The notes beneath the pieces were generated by a model. The model ran no database searches and had not been told where the DNA came from. It worked only from the letters and a program-made list of their open reading frames with translations. The position numbers and the translations under genes are program-made. A DNA stretch of 21,733 nucleotides, taken from contig BTVJ01000110.1 in NCBI GenBank assembly GCA_045863395.1, forward strand, positions 1-21,733, written 5' to 3'. The DNA is from Myxococcales bacterium (lineage in GTDB: Bacteria > Myxococcota_A > UBA9042 > JABWCM01 > BTVJ01). Shown here piece after piece: positions 8,444 through 16,940 of the stretch; positions within the stretch are counted from its first letter, which is position 1, and every line of letters begins with the position of its first letter.

Positions 8444-9393
8444 GGTCCACCGGCAGGCGCATGGCGCGGCTGGACGGCCCGGACGCCGTCGTAGAGATCG
8501 TCGGACACCGGGACGAAGCGCTCCACGCCCAGCTCCGCAAGGATGTCGCGGCCCTGCGGGGTCTGGCCCATCCCCGTGAGCGCCTGGGCCACGCTCAGGC
8601 GCACGGCAGGCGACACGTGGGCCGCCGCGACCACCGGCGGAGCCCCGAAGTCGTCCGACCGGGCGATCACCCGTATCTTCCCGGCGAGAGAGGCGTCCGC
8701 TCGCAGCATCGCGTGCAGGATCAGCGCGTCGACACCCGCCAGGTCCACGTGCCCCCCCGCCACGGCGCGCACCGACTCGTCGTGGCTCCCAGTCCAGAGC
8801 GGCCGCGCCATGTGCCGCTCCGGGTCCACCCCGACACGCCGCAGCATGGCGCGGGGCGCCGCGCAGCCCGTGTTGGACAGCCGGTCCGTGTAGGCGATGC
8901 GGAGCCCCTGGGTGCCTCGGACGTCCTCGAGGCGCCGGAGCGGGGAGCCGGAGGGCACGATCACCTCTCCCCAGTAGGAGGGGCGCCCATCGGTGACCGG
9001 TGCGACCAGCAGCGCGACCCTGGAGGTGCGCGCCAGCTCCACGTAGGCGCCGCTGCACACGAAGGCGATGTCCACCTCCCCCGCCTCGACCAGACGATTC
9101 GTCTCGCCGTAGGAGGCCCGCTGCACGAGCTCGACGGGCCGACCCAGCTCCTGGGAGAGCATGTGGGCAAGGCGCGCATACTGGATGAAGGTCGCGCGCG
9201 GCGAGATCATGGCGCCAATGGCAAACCGCAGCGGCTTCTGCCCTGGCGCCTGAGCCCTGGGAACGTCGATGGCCCCCGAGGCCACCATAACGCGGTCCAC
9301 GGGAATGGGCGCGTCCCCGAGGTAGGGTCTGACGAGCAACGCCGTCCCGGCGAGGGAGCACAGCACGGCGATGAGAGCCCACGTCCGCGACAT
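8440..9393 (-). CDS. PhnD-like periplasmic substrate-binding protein, AioX/ArxX/ArrX-like oxyanion sensor component
   Basis: N-terminal hydrophobic segment; LGRPVELVQRASYGE, DIAFVCSGAYV (conserved Cys), DRLSNTG, GSHDESVRAV. Coupled to a kinase and a sigma-54 regulator, with no ABC permease or ATPase nearby. Confidence 0.82.
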   Translation of the reverse strand: MSRTWALIAVLCSLAGTALLVRPYLGDAPIPVDRVMVASGAIDVPRAQAPGQKPLRFAIGAMISPRATFIQYARLAHMLSQELGRPVELVQRASYGETNRLVEAGEVDIAFVCSGAYVELARTSRVALLVAPVTDGRPSYWGEVIVPSGSPLRRLEDVRGTQGLRIAYTDRLSNTGCAAPRAMLRRVGVDPERHMARPLWTGSHDESVRAVAGGHVDLAGVDALILHAMLRADASLAGKIRVIARSDDFGAPPVVAAAHVSPAVRLSVAQALTGMGQTPQGRDILAELGVERFVPVSDDLYDGVRAVQPRHAPAGGP

Positions 9394-9474
9394 GGTCCGG
9401 ATCGTACACGTCCCGCACCTGCGGGCAACGGGCGACTGCAGGAACCAGGCGGAGACGTTACGAGCGGGTGAGGG

Positions 9475-10113
9475 TCAGGGCCCGCCCGACCAGTACACGT
9501 AGACGATGGGCACGGCGACGCCGACCGCCACGAGCAGGCCGCCGCGGCCCAGGAGCCCCTTGCGGCCGGCGAGCATGAACATGCCGCTCGTCGCGAGCAC
9601 CAGCAGGAGCACGGCATAGGCGTCGGCGACGGTCACCCACGCGGACTTGCCGCGGGCGACGTGGAGCCAGTTGATCACGCGCAGGATGAAGCGCGGGCGC
9701 TGGCCCTCCTCGTGGACGACGCCCTTGTCGGTGTTCACGTGCAGGGTCGCCTGCTCCAGGATGATGTCCACGTTGGCGTCGTCGATGCGGAACACGTCCT
9801 GGGGCTCCTCGCTGCGCCCGACGTGGGCGATGACCGCGCGGGCCAGGGCGTCGTCGTCGGTGGGGAGCACTGACGGGAGGTCGTGCCGCGCGTCCACCTG
9901 CACGAAGCTCGGGTCCCAGTCCAGGATGTGGTTCACCGCGATACCCGACACGGCGTACACGAAGGTCAGGCCCACGACCAGGTAGCCCATGTCGCGGTGC
10001 ATGGCGCGGAGCAGGGGGCGCCACCGGCGGCGGAGCCAACCGCGGGGGGCGGGCGTAGCGGGGGCGACGGAGGTGACGGGGGCGTCGAGCTGCGCAGATC
10101 CGCCGTCACGCAT
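9475..10113 (-). CDS. PepSY-associated TM helix membrane protein
   Basis: LRAMHRDMGY...YAVSGIAVNH and INWLH motifs with three hydrophobic helices; the start overlaps the upstream stop by 8 nt. Confidence 0.8.
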   Translation of the reverse strand: MRDGGSAQLDAPVTSVAPATPAPRGWLRRRWRPLLRAMHRDMGYLVVGLTFVYAVSGIAVNHILDWDPSFVQVDARHDLPSVLPTDDDALARAVIAHVGRSEEPQDVFRIDDANVDIILEQATLHVNTDKGVVHEEGQRPRFILRVINWLHVARGKSAWVTVADAYAVLLLVLATSGMFMLAGRKGLLGRGGLLVAVGVAVPIVYVYWSGGP

Positions 10114-10795
10114 GCCGCTCCTCCTTCCAGGGGTCCGCGTGGTTGTGGTAGCCCCGCACCTCCCAGTAGCCGGGCTCGTCCCGCGTGGTGAACCGGATGC
10201 CCGTCACCCACTTGGCGCTCTTCCAGAAGTAGAGCTGGGGGATCAGCGCGCGGACCGGGCCGCCGTTGCGCCGCGCCAAGGGGTCCCCGTTGTGGCGGTG
10301 GACGATCAGGGAGTCCGGGGCGAGGGCCTCGGCGAGCAGCACGTTGGCCGTGTAGCCGTGGGCCGCCTCGATGACCACGTGGCGCGCATCGGGGCGCACA
10401 CCGGCCCGCTCGGCCAGGTCCCGGATGCGGACCCCCCTGAACGTCTGGTCCAGCGCCGACCAGGTGGTCACGCAGTGGACGTCCGACGACTGCTCGGTCT
10501 GCGGCAGGGCGAGCAGCTCCCGGTAGTCGATGGTGAAGGGCCGGTCCACGGCGCCGTGCACCTGGAGGCGGAAGTTGCGAGGGTTGGGGTCCCCCTCCTG
10601 GCCGCCCATGGGGCGGAGGAAGGAGATGACCTTCTGGCCCGGCGGCAGGCGCTGGCGGCCGTCGGGCAGCGACTGGGCGCGGGCCTCCCGGGTCGCGCTG
10701 TCGCTGGCGACGACCCAGAGGCCGCCGCCGAAGGCGACGACGGCGGTGCCCGCGAGGGCGCGGCGGATGAAGTCCCGGCGGGACGAGTGGTTCAT
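10106..10795 (-). CDS. Tat-exported sulfite-oxidase-family molybdopterin oxidoreductase (MsrP/YedY-like)
   Basis: SRRDFI Tat motif after the ATG at 10795 (GGAG upstream); RLPPGQ, DVHCVTTWS (Mo-ligating Cys), GGPVR, YFWKSAKW, GYWE. Confidence 0.88.
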   Translation of the reverse strand: MNHSSRRDFIRRALAGTAVVAFGGGLWVVASDSATREARAQSLPDGRQRLPPGQKVISFLRPMGGQEGDPNPRNFRLQVHGAVDRPFTIDYRELLALPQTEQSSDVHCVTTWSALDQTFRGVRIRDLAERAGVRPDARHVVIEAAHGYTANVLLAEALAPDSLIVHRHNGDPLARRNGGPVRALIPQLYFWKSAKWVTGIRFTTRDEPGYWEVRGYHNHADPWKEERHA

Positions 10796-10867
10796 GCGGC
10801 TGGCTCCCGTGTTGATGGACGCTCCAGAGCATACGGCACAAGGGGCCGAACGGACGGTTACGGCGCG

Positions 10868-10896
10868 TTGTGGGGCCCGTGGGCCCGTGGTAGTGT
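10868..10896 (+). promoter_or_regulatory. Candidate sigma-70 promoter for the acylase gene (TTGTGG-N17-TAGTGT with extended TG)
   Basis: Spacing and partial consensus match, about 30 nt upstream of the ATG at 10929. Confidence 0.35.
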
Positions 10897-10928
10897 GCGC
10901 GCGGACCACGTTCTTGAAGAGGCGAGAC

Positions 10929-13478
10929 ATGCGAAAGCTTCCTTGGGTGGCGCTCGTGATCGGGGTCGCGGCGTGCGCGGACGATGGCGAGCCGGGTGCG
11001 GGGGATGTGGGCGGGGCGGACGTGACAGCGGACGCTGTCGACGGCGGGGTCGCGGACGGCGCGGGCGGGGCGGACGGTGGAGTCCCGGGCGACGCTGGTG
11101 CGGGTGACGGGGGTGGGGTGGACGCGGGCGATGCCGACGCTGGCTCCGAGCCGCTCGGCCCCTACCGGGCGACCATCCGCCGCACGAGCTTCGGCATCCC
11201 GCACATCACCGCCGACGACTGGGGCTCCCTGGGCTACGGGGAGGGCTACGCGCTCGCGCAGGACCACGTCTGCACCCTCGCGGACCAGGTAGTGCGTGTC
11301 AACTCGCGCAGAGCGGAGCTGTTTGGCCCTGGGGCGGGCGACGCCAACGTGAACAGCGACTTCGGCATGCTGGCGCTTGGGGTGCGGGCGTCTGCGAAAG
11401 AGACCTGGGAGAAGCAGGGGCCCGAGGTGCAGGCCGTGGTCGAGGGCTACGCCGAGGGCTACAACCGCTACCTGGCCGAGGTCGGGGCCGCAGGGCTGCC
11501 CGAGCCCTGCAAGGGGGCCGCGTGGGTGCAGCCCATCACGCGGGAGGACCTGCTCGCCTACTACGCCATGCTGGCGCTCTATGGATCCGGGATGCCGCTG
11601 TTGGACTACATCGCGACCGCGCAGCCTCCCGGGGCGACGCAGTCGAACGTGCTGCCCATGACGTCGTTCCCCGACTTCCGGCGCCTGGACGCGCTCGGTA
11701 GCAACGGCTGGGGCATCGGCAAGGACCGGGCGGAGGCAGGGATGGTCGCGGTGAACCCCCACTTCCCGTGGGAGGGGGAGCGGCGCTTCTGGGAGGTCCA
11801 CGTCACGATCCCCGGCGTGCTCGACGCCTACGGGGCGGCGCTGGTCGGCACGCCGCTCCTGCAGATCGGCTTCAACGACTCGCTCGCCTGGACGCACACT
11901 GTCTCTGCGGCCAAGCACTTCACGTTCTACCGCATCACCATGCCGGCCGGGGACCCGACCAGCTACGTGTATGACGGCGAGACCCGCAAGATGGACGCCA
12001 CGACGTACACCATCCAGGTGCGGAAGCCCGACGGGACCCTGGAGCCGCGCGAGCGCACCATGTACCGCACCCACTTCGGCCCCATGCTCAACGTGCCGCC
12101 CATCGGCTGGACGGGGGACCTGGCAGTGAGCTACCGGGACGCCAACGCCGGGAACAGTCGGCTCATCGAGCAGTGGAGACGGTTCATCCTGGCCAGGAGC
12201 GTGGGGGAGCTGGAGAAGGCGCTGCGGGAGGTGAACGGGATCCCCTGGGTCAACACCATGGCCGCGGACATGAGCGGCCAGGCGTTCTACAGCGACACGG
12301 GCGGTGTGCCCAACCTGTCGACGAAGACCATCGCGGCCTGGGAGGCGGCGCTGAAGAGCGACCCGTTCACCGGGCTCGCGTGGGCCAACGGCCTCATCCT
12401 GCTCGACGGGTCCAAGAAGGAGTCCGAGTGGGAGGACGCGCCGGGGAGCCCGCCGGGCGTCGTCCCCTTCGATCAGACTCCGCACCTGGTGAGGAGCGAC
12501 TTCGTGGCCAACGCCAACGACAGCTTCTGGCTGACCAATCCGGCGGCCCCTCTCACCGGATATGGACCCCAGTTCGGCGACACGGGCACGCCGCGCAGCC
12601 CGCGCACCCGGATGAATCTGAAGATGCTCACGGAGCCGGATGGGGCGTCCGGGGCGGACGGCAAGTTCAGCCTGGAGGAGCTCCAGGAGGCCATGCTCGG
12701 CGGGCGCGCCCTGATGACGGAGCTGCTGCGCGACGAGGTGGTGGCGAGGTGCACTGGCGCGGGCATGGTGAAGGTGGGAGACGGCGAGGTGGACGTGTCT
12801 GCGGCGTGCGGCGTGCTGGCGGACTGGGACGGGCGGCTCCGGGCCGACAGCGTAGGCGCGGTGTTGTGGCGAGAGGTTCTGGGAGGCTATACGAGCGACG
12901 ACTTCTACGACGCAGGCGCGCTGTTCGCGGTGCCCTTCGACCCGGCGGACCCGGTGGGGACGCCGCGGGAGCTGGTGGCGGCGCCGCAGGACGGGCCGGA
13001 CCCCGTGATCCAGGCGGTCGCCAAGGCGGTGGCTCGACTGGAGGGGGCTGGGTTCGCATCGGACGTCGCCCTGGGAGACGCACAGTACACGCTGAAGGGC
13101 GGGGAGAGAATCGGGATCCCGGGCGGACGGGAGATTCCCGAGGGGGCCTTCAACATCGTGAGCCCGGCGAGCGGCAATGGGACGCTCTACCCGTCGATGC
13201 CAGGAACGACGACCATCAACGGCATGACGGGGCTCACGGGAGACGGCTACCCGATCCGCTACGGCTCCAGCATCGTCATGGCCATCGAGCTCTCTGGGAC
13301 GGGTCCCCGGGCCAAGGCCCTGCTGACCTACTCGGAGTCGGCGGACCCCGCGTCTCCGCACTCCAAGGACCAGACCAAGAGATTCACCAACGCCGAGTGG
13401 CGGGACGTTCTGTTCACCGAGGCATCAATCAAGGCCGACCCCGCTTTGAGCGAGGTCGTCATCGAGATAGGAGAGTGA
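10929..13478 (+). CDS. Penicillin acylase-family Ntn hydrolase (PvdQ/acyl-homoserine-lactone acylase-like) lipoprotein
   Basis: Lipobox VAAC, Asp/Gly/Ala linker, IRRTSFGIPHI, beta-subunit N-terminal nucleophile G|SNGWGIG, NPHFPW, WTHTVS, NANDS, LLTYSES. Confidence 0.9.
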   Translation: MRKLPWVALVIGVAACADDGEPGAGDVGGADVTADAVDGGVADGAGGADGGVPGDAGAGDGGGVDAGDADAGSEPLGPYRATIRRTSFGIPHITADDWGSLGYGEGYALAQDHVCTLADQVVRVNSRRAELFGPGAGDANVNSDFGMLALGVRASAKETWEKQGPEVQAVVEGYAEGYNRYLAEVGAAGLPEPCKGAAWVQPITREDLLAYYAMLALYGSGMPLLDYIATAQPPGATQSNVLPMTSFPDFRRLDALGSNGWGIGKDRAEAGMVAVNPHFPWEGERRFWEVHVTIPGVLDAYGAALVGTPLLQIGFNDSLAWTHTVSAAKHFTFYRITMPAGDPTSYVYDGETRKMDATTYTIQVRKPDGTLEPRERTMYRTHFGPMLNVPPIGWTGDLAVSYRDANAGNSRLIEQWRRFILARSVGELEKALREVNGIPWVNTMAADMSGQAFYSDTGGVPNLSTKTIAAWEAALKSDPFTGLAWANGLILLDGSKKESEWEDAPGSPPGVVPFDQTPHLVRSDFVANANDSFWLTNPAAPLTGYGPQFGDTGTPRSPRTRMNLKMLTEPDGASGADGKFSLEELQEAMLGGRALMTELLRDEVVARCTGAGMVKVGDGEVDVSAACGVLADWDGRLRADSVGAVLWREVLGGYTSDDFYDAGALFAVPFDPADPVGTPRELVAAPQDGPDPVIQAVAKAVARLEGAGFASDVALGDAQYTLKGGERIGIPGGREIPEGAFNIVSPASGNGTLYPSMPGTTTINGMTGLTGDGYPIRYGSSIVMAIELSGTGPRAKALLTYSESADPASPHSKDQTKRFTNAEWRDVLFTEASIKADPALSEVVIEIGE

Positions 13479-13480
13479 CC

Positions 13481-13819
13481 ATGGCAGAGTTGGCTCCGAG
13501 ACTCGAGGGCATGGACGAGGTCACGCGGGAGCGGCTCGTGCAGCTCGCCTGCGTGGCGGCCTGGTCCGACTTCCACGTAGCGCCGGAGGAGCGCAAGGTG
13601 GTCCTGACCCTGGCCGCCGAGCTGGCCATCGGGGACCGCTCCATGGAGCGCGTCTACCGGTGGCTCGACGAGGCGCCGCCGTACCTCGACCCCCAGGCCA
13701 TCCCGGTGGAGCACCGCGCGGTGTTCCTCGACGCGCTGCAGGCGGTGATCAGGGCGGACGGGCGGCTCGACCCGGCGGAGTGTGAGACGCTCCGGCTGAT
13801 CAAACAGCTCGTCGCGTAG
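13481..13819 (+). CDS. TerB-like (tellurite resistance family) small helical protein
   Basis: AAWSDFHVAPEE and VIRADGRLDPAE twin ADG/E motifs; starts 2 nt after the acylase stop. Confidence 0.75.
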   Translation: MAELAPRLEGMDEVTRERLVQLACVAAWSDFHVAPEERKVVLTLAAELAIGDRSMERVYRWLDEAPPYLDPQAIPVEHRAVFLDALQAVIRADGRLDPAECETLRLIKQLVA

Positions 13820-13928
13820 CGCGGCCAGGGGGCTCGTGCCGCTCGGGTCCGAGTGCCCCGATGGCACCCCGAACGTTCCTCGAAGGCACCGCCCGCCCCC
13901 CTTGTCAGGCCGAAATCGCTGTGAACCG

Positions 13929-14129
13929 TCACCGTCGCTCCGGATCGTGGCTCCGGTGGCGTCTCCATGCCGCGCGCGCCTCGGGCGACGCCATCTCGAA
14001 CAGCGCGAGCAGCGTGTCGCTCCACCACAGATAGCGCTCCTCGACGGTGAGGCGGGCGAACTGCGCGACCTGCTCGCGGCTGGGTGAAGCGACCAGGGGC
14101 CGGCGGCGCGACTGCGGGTCAGGCGTCAT
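13929..14129 (-). CDS. Small 66-aa partner protein of the nucleotidyltransferase
   Basis: The start overlaps the upstream gene end by 11 nt; the LTVEERYLW motif resembles small proteins commonly paired with such NTases. Confidence 0.6.
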   Translation of the reverse strand: MTPDPQSRRRPLVASPSREQVAQFARLTVEERYLWWSDTLLALFEMASPEARAAWRRHRSHDPERR

Positions 14130-14613
14130 CGTCCAGCTCCTCGAGGTGCTCGATGTCGGCGAGGTCCTGCGGCCGGCCTGCGTAGCGCTTGAGCGCGATG
14201 AGCGTTGCGCGCCCGACGACCGGGACCTTCGTGCTGCCGAGATTGCGGTGCTGCAGGTCCTGGGCGAGTGCGCTCCATGGGAGAGGCGGCGCCAGCAGAA
14301 TGTCCACCTCCTCGACCGGCCGAGAGGGGTGCCAGAGCGAGAGCGCGATCATGTTGCGAGCGCGCAAGGCCTCGCGGCTCGCGAGGTCGGCAAGATCGGT
14401 GAGCGGCACGGAGATCCGAGGCCGATAGCCTGCCTGATCGAGAACCTCGACCAGCGCCGTCATGTTGTCTGGCTCCGGGTCCACGACCAGGTCCACGTCG
14501 AAGGTCATGCGGGGGACGCCATGAAGTACGGCGGCCAAGCCGCCAACGACCGCAAACCGGACGCCTCCCCGGTTCAACGCCTCGAACAGCTCCTCGTACG
14601 GTCGTCTCGTCAC
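14119..14613 (-). CDS. Pol-beta superfamily nucleotidyltransferase (putative toxin-antitoxin component)
   Basis: VVGGLAAVLHGVPRMTFDVD (GG..DxD), VDI, LIALKRYAGRPQDLADI. GGAGG lies 7 nt upstream of the GTG at 14613. Confidence 0.8.
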   Translation of the reverse strand: MTRRPYEELFEALNRGGVRFAVVGGLAAVLHGVPRMTFDVDLVVDPEPDNMTALVEVLDQAGYRPRISVPLTDLADLASREALRARNMIALSLWHPSRPVEEVDILLAPPLPWSALAQDLQHRNLGSTKVPVVGRATLIALKRYAGRPQDLADIEHLEELDDDA

Positions 14614-14740
14614 GGGTCGACCTCCATCAGCCACACTGGCCGGCGCCCTCAGGGTAGCGGCGCTGCGACAGGGGCGCCAGGGCTGGGGTGCCCGAGGCCC
14701 CGGTCAGCTCACGGCGTAGCAGGAAACATGGGCGCGGCCC

Positions 14741-16936
14741 TCATGCGCCGAGCCCGCGACCGATCGGTGACGGGCAAATGTGAGGATTGGAGCGACGGCG
14801 AACGAGCAGGAGCGCGAACAAGAACGCGAGCAGGAGCGGGAGGGAGACAGGCGCCGGGGCGGCGGAGCAGCCGCTCTCGCTTGCGGGGGCAGGCGCCTCC
14901 TGCGCGATGTCTCCGGAGGGGGCGCCGTCCTGGGGGGATGCGTCGCAGCCGGAGCAGACACAGGTGCCTTCCGAGCAGACCTGGCCGTCCGGGCAGCTCC
15001 CGCAGGTCCCGCCGCAGCCATCGTCGCCGCAGACGCCGACGCAGGAGGGGACGCAGGAGCACGCGCCGGCGACGCAGGTGGCTGGAGGTGTGCAGGTCCC
15101 GCACGTTCCGCCGCAGCCGTCGTCGCCGCAGTCTCCGGCGCACGTCGGGGCGCAGGCGGTGCAGGCGCCGCTGACGCAGGTGGCGGGCGGTGTACAGCTC
15201 CCGCACGTCCCGCCGCAGCCGTCGTCCCCGCAGTCGCCGGCGCAGTGCGGGGTACACGGGGCGCAGGCGCCGTCGACGCAGGCTTGGGATGGAGGGCAGC
15301 TCCCGCAGCTCCCGCCGCAGCCGTCGTCGCCGCAGTCTCCGGCGCAGGTCGGAGTGCAGCCCTCGCAGGCCAGGGGGTGTGTACCGCTCGGGTCCGCCCC
15401 GCTGAAGCCGCAGTCGTACCAGCCGAGGCCGCCCCGGCCGCTCGGGTCCCACCCGCAGGTGGTCGCACACGAGTAGCCTCCGAGGACGCCGCCGTCACAG
15501 GTCTTGACCGCGTCGGTGGAGCAGCAGCCGGCGGGGGGGACGTCGCCGCAAGTGGGTGGGACGCACTGTCCGCCATCGCAGGTGAGGGCGGCGGGACAGG
15601 TGCCGCAGGTGCCGCCGCAGCCGTCATCGCCGCAGGCGCGCCCCTCGCAGGCGGGGATGCAGGTGGGGCACGCGCGGGCGTGGACGCCGGAGGGGTCAGA
15701 GCCCGTGTGACCGCAGTCGTACCAGGCCGCGGCCGGATCCCAGCCGCAGCCGCCCTCGCAGGTCCGCGCTTGGGGGGTATCGCCCTGACACCAGCGGGTG
15801 ACGTCTCCGTCGCAGCAGCCCACCCAGCCGAGGACGCCGCAGCCCGTACACGCGCCGCCCTCACACACCTGGCCCGCGAGACACGGCCCGCACTCCCCGC
15901 CGCAGCCGTCGTCTCCGCAGGCTTTGTCGGTGCAGTCGGGGACACAGCTCAGGCACTGGCCGCCGACGCAGGTGTCACTCTCTGAGCAGGTCCCGCAGGT
16001 TCCGCCGCAGCCATCGGGGCCGCAGGACTTGTTCAGGCAGTCGGGGACGCAAGGGAGACAGGCCCCGTCCACGCAGGGGTCGAAGGGGGCGCAGCTCCCG
16101 CAGGTGCCGCCGCAGCCGTCGGGCCCGCACTCCTTGCCGCTGCACTGGCGCGTGCAGCACTCGCCGAAGAGGCACACCTGGTTGGCGCCGCAGCCGCCGC
16201 AGTCGACGCCGCAGAAGGAGCCGCAGGAGGTCGGGGCGCAGGTGGGGTTCGGAGGACAGGGGGAGCAGTCCTTGCCGCACTCCTGCTCGCAGGCCGTCGC
16301 ACAGAACAGGTCCCATGCGTCGGTGCAGCAGGTTGGGTACTTGGCGCACACGCAGGCCTCGCAAGAGCAGCCGTCGCAGCCGGGCTTCGCGCGGGGCCCG
16401 CAGCCGAGAGGTGGCGCCTGGCAGGCCCCGAGGTCCTCGACGCACACCTGGCCCTTGGCGCAGGTGCCGCACGAGAGGCCCTGCGGGTCCTTGCCGCAGC
16501 TCTTGCCGCCGCAGAGGGGCGCGTGGCAGGCGCCGTCGTCGAGGCAGGCCTGGCCGGCGGGGCACGACCCGCAGAGGCCCTTGCACGTGGGGCTGCACGG
16601 GGCAGAGGCGCAGCCCGGGGGGCACGGGTCGCAGGACGGGCTCGCCTTGCCGCTCGGGTCGACGGATCCAGCCGCCTGCCCGCAGTCGTAGAGCCCGAGC
16701 GGGTTCCAGCCGCAGTGGGCGAAGCCGTCCGCGCAGTCGACGCAGTAGAGATCCTGGCCCTGGCACCAGAGGTTGCGCCCCTGGACGTCGCAGCAGCCGG
16801 CGGCCGGGACCGTGGAGCAGCCACCGGGCACGCTCGGCACGAGGGCGCCCTTGCACTCGACGACGGTCGGGGCAGCGGTGGCGTCGATTGGGGTGAGGGA
16901 GACGAGGGCGAGGGCGGCAAGGACGCGGGGGCTCAT
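14741..16936 (-). CDS. Secreted Cys-rich repeat protein with a MYXO-CTERM-like C-terminal anchor
   Basis: Signal peptide MSPRVLAALALVSL; many CGxDGCGGxCG repeats; C-terminal SGC + hydrophobic helix + RRR. Confidence 0.85.
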   Translation of the reverse strand: MSPRVLAALALVSLTPIDATAAPTVVECKGALVPSVPGGCSTVPAAGCCDVQGRNLWCQGQDLYCVDCADGFAHCGWNPLGLYDCGQAAGSVDPSGKASPSCDPCPPGCASAPCSPTCKGLCGSCPAGQACLDDGACHAPLCGGKSCGKDPQGLSCGTCAKGQVCVEDLGACQAPPLGCGPRAKPGCDGCSCEACVCAKYPTCCTDAWDLFCATACEQECGKDCSPCPPNPTCAPTSCGSFCGVDCGGCGANQVCLFGECCTRQCSGKECGPDGCGGTCGSCAPFDPCVDGACLPCVPDCLNKSCGPDGCGGTCGTCSESDTCVGGQCLSCVPDCTDKACGDDGCGGECGPCLAGQVCEGGACTGCGVLGWVGCCDGDVTRWCQGDTPQARTCEGGCGWDPAAAWYDCGHTGSDPSGVHARACPTCIPACEGRACGDDGCGGTCGTCPAALTCDGGQCVPPTCGDVPPAGCCSTDAVKTCDGGVLGGYSCATTCGWDPSGRGGLGWYDCGFSGADPSGTHPLACEGCTPTCAGDCGDDGCGGSCGSCPPSQACVDGACAPCTPHCAGDCGDDGCGGTCGSCTPPATCVSGACTACAPTCAGDCGDDGCGGTCGTCTPPATCVAGACSCVPSCVGVCGDDGCGGTCGSCPDGQVCSEGTCVCSGCDASPQDGAPSGDIAQEAPAPASESGCSAAPAPVSLPLLLAFLFALLLVRRRSNPHICPSPIGRGLGA
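14960..15365 (-). repeat. Four tandem ~102-bp (34-aa) coding repeats, CAGDCGDDGCGGTCGSC...
   Basis: The CCGCAGCC(G/A)TCGTC core recurs at 15012, 15111, 15213 and 15315. Confidence 0.85.
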
Positions 16937-16940
16937 GGGC

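Noticed and set aside
8444..9418. 804-aa kinase ORF with a long N-terminal extension or fusion
   Set aside because: The extension is an off-frame reading of the binding-protein gene; the GTGA overlap at 8440-8443 marks the real start.
9412..9425. Palindrome CCCGCA-CC-TGCGGG upstream of the binding-protein gene
   Set aside because: A single short GC-rich palindrome is expected by chance at this composition; no second copy was seen.
13865..13912. Possible attC downstream of the nucleotidyltransferase module (minus strand GCCTGAC...GTTCGGG)
   Set aside because: No AAC inverse core and no complementary L boxes.
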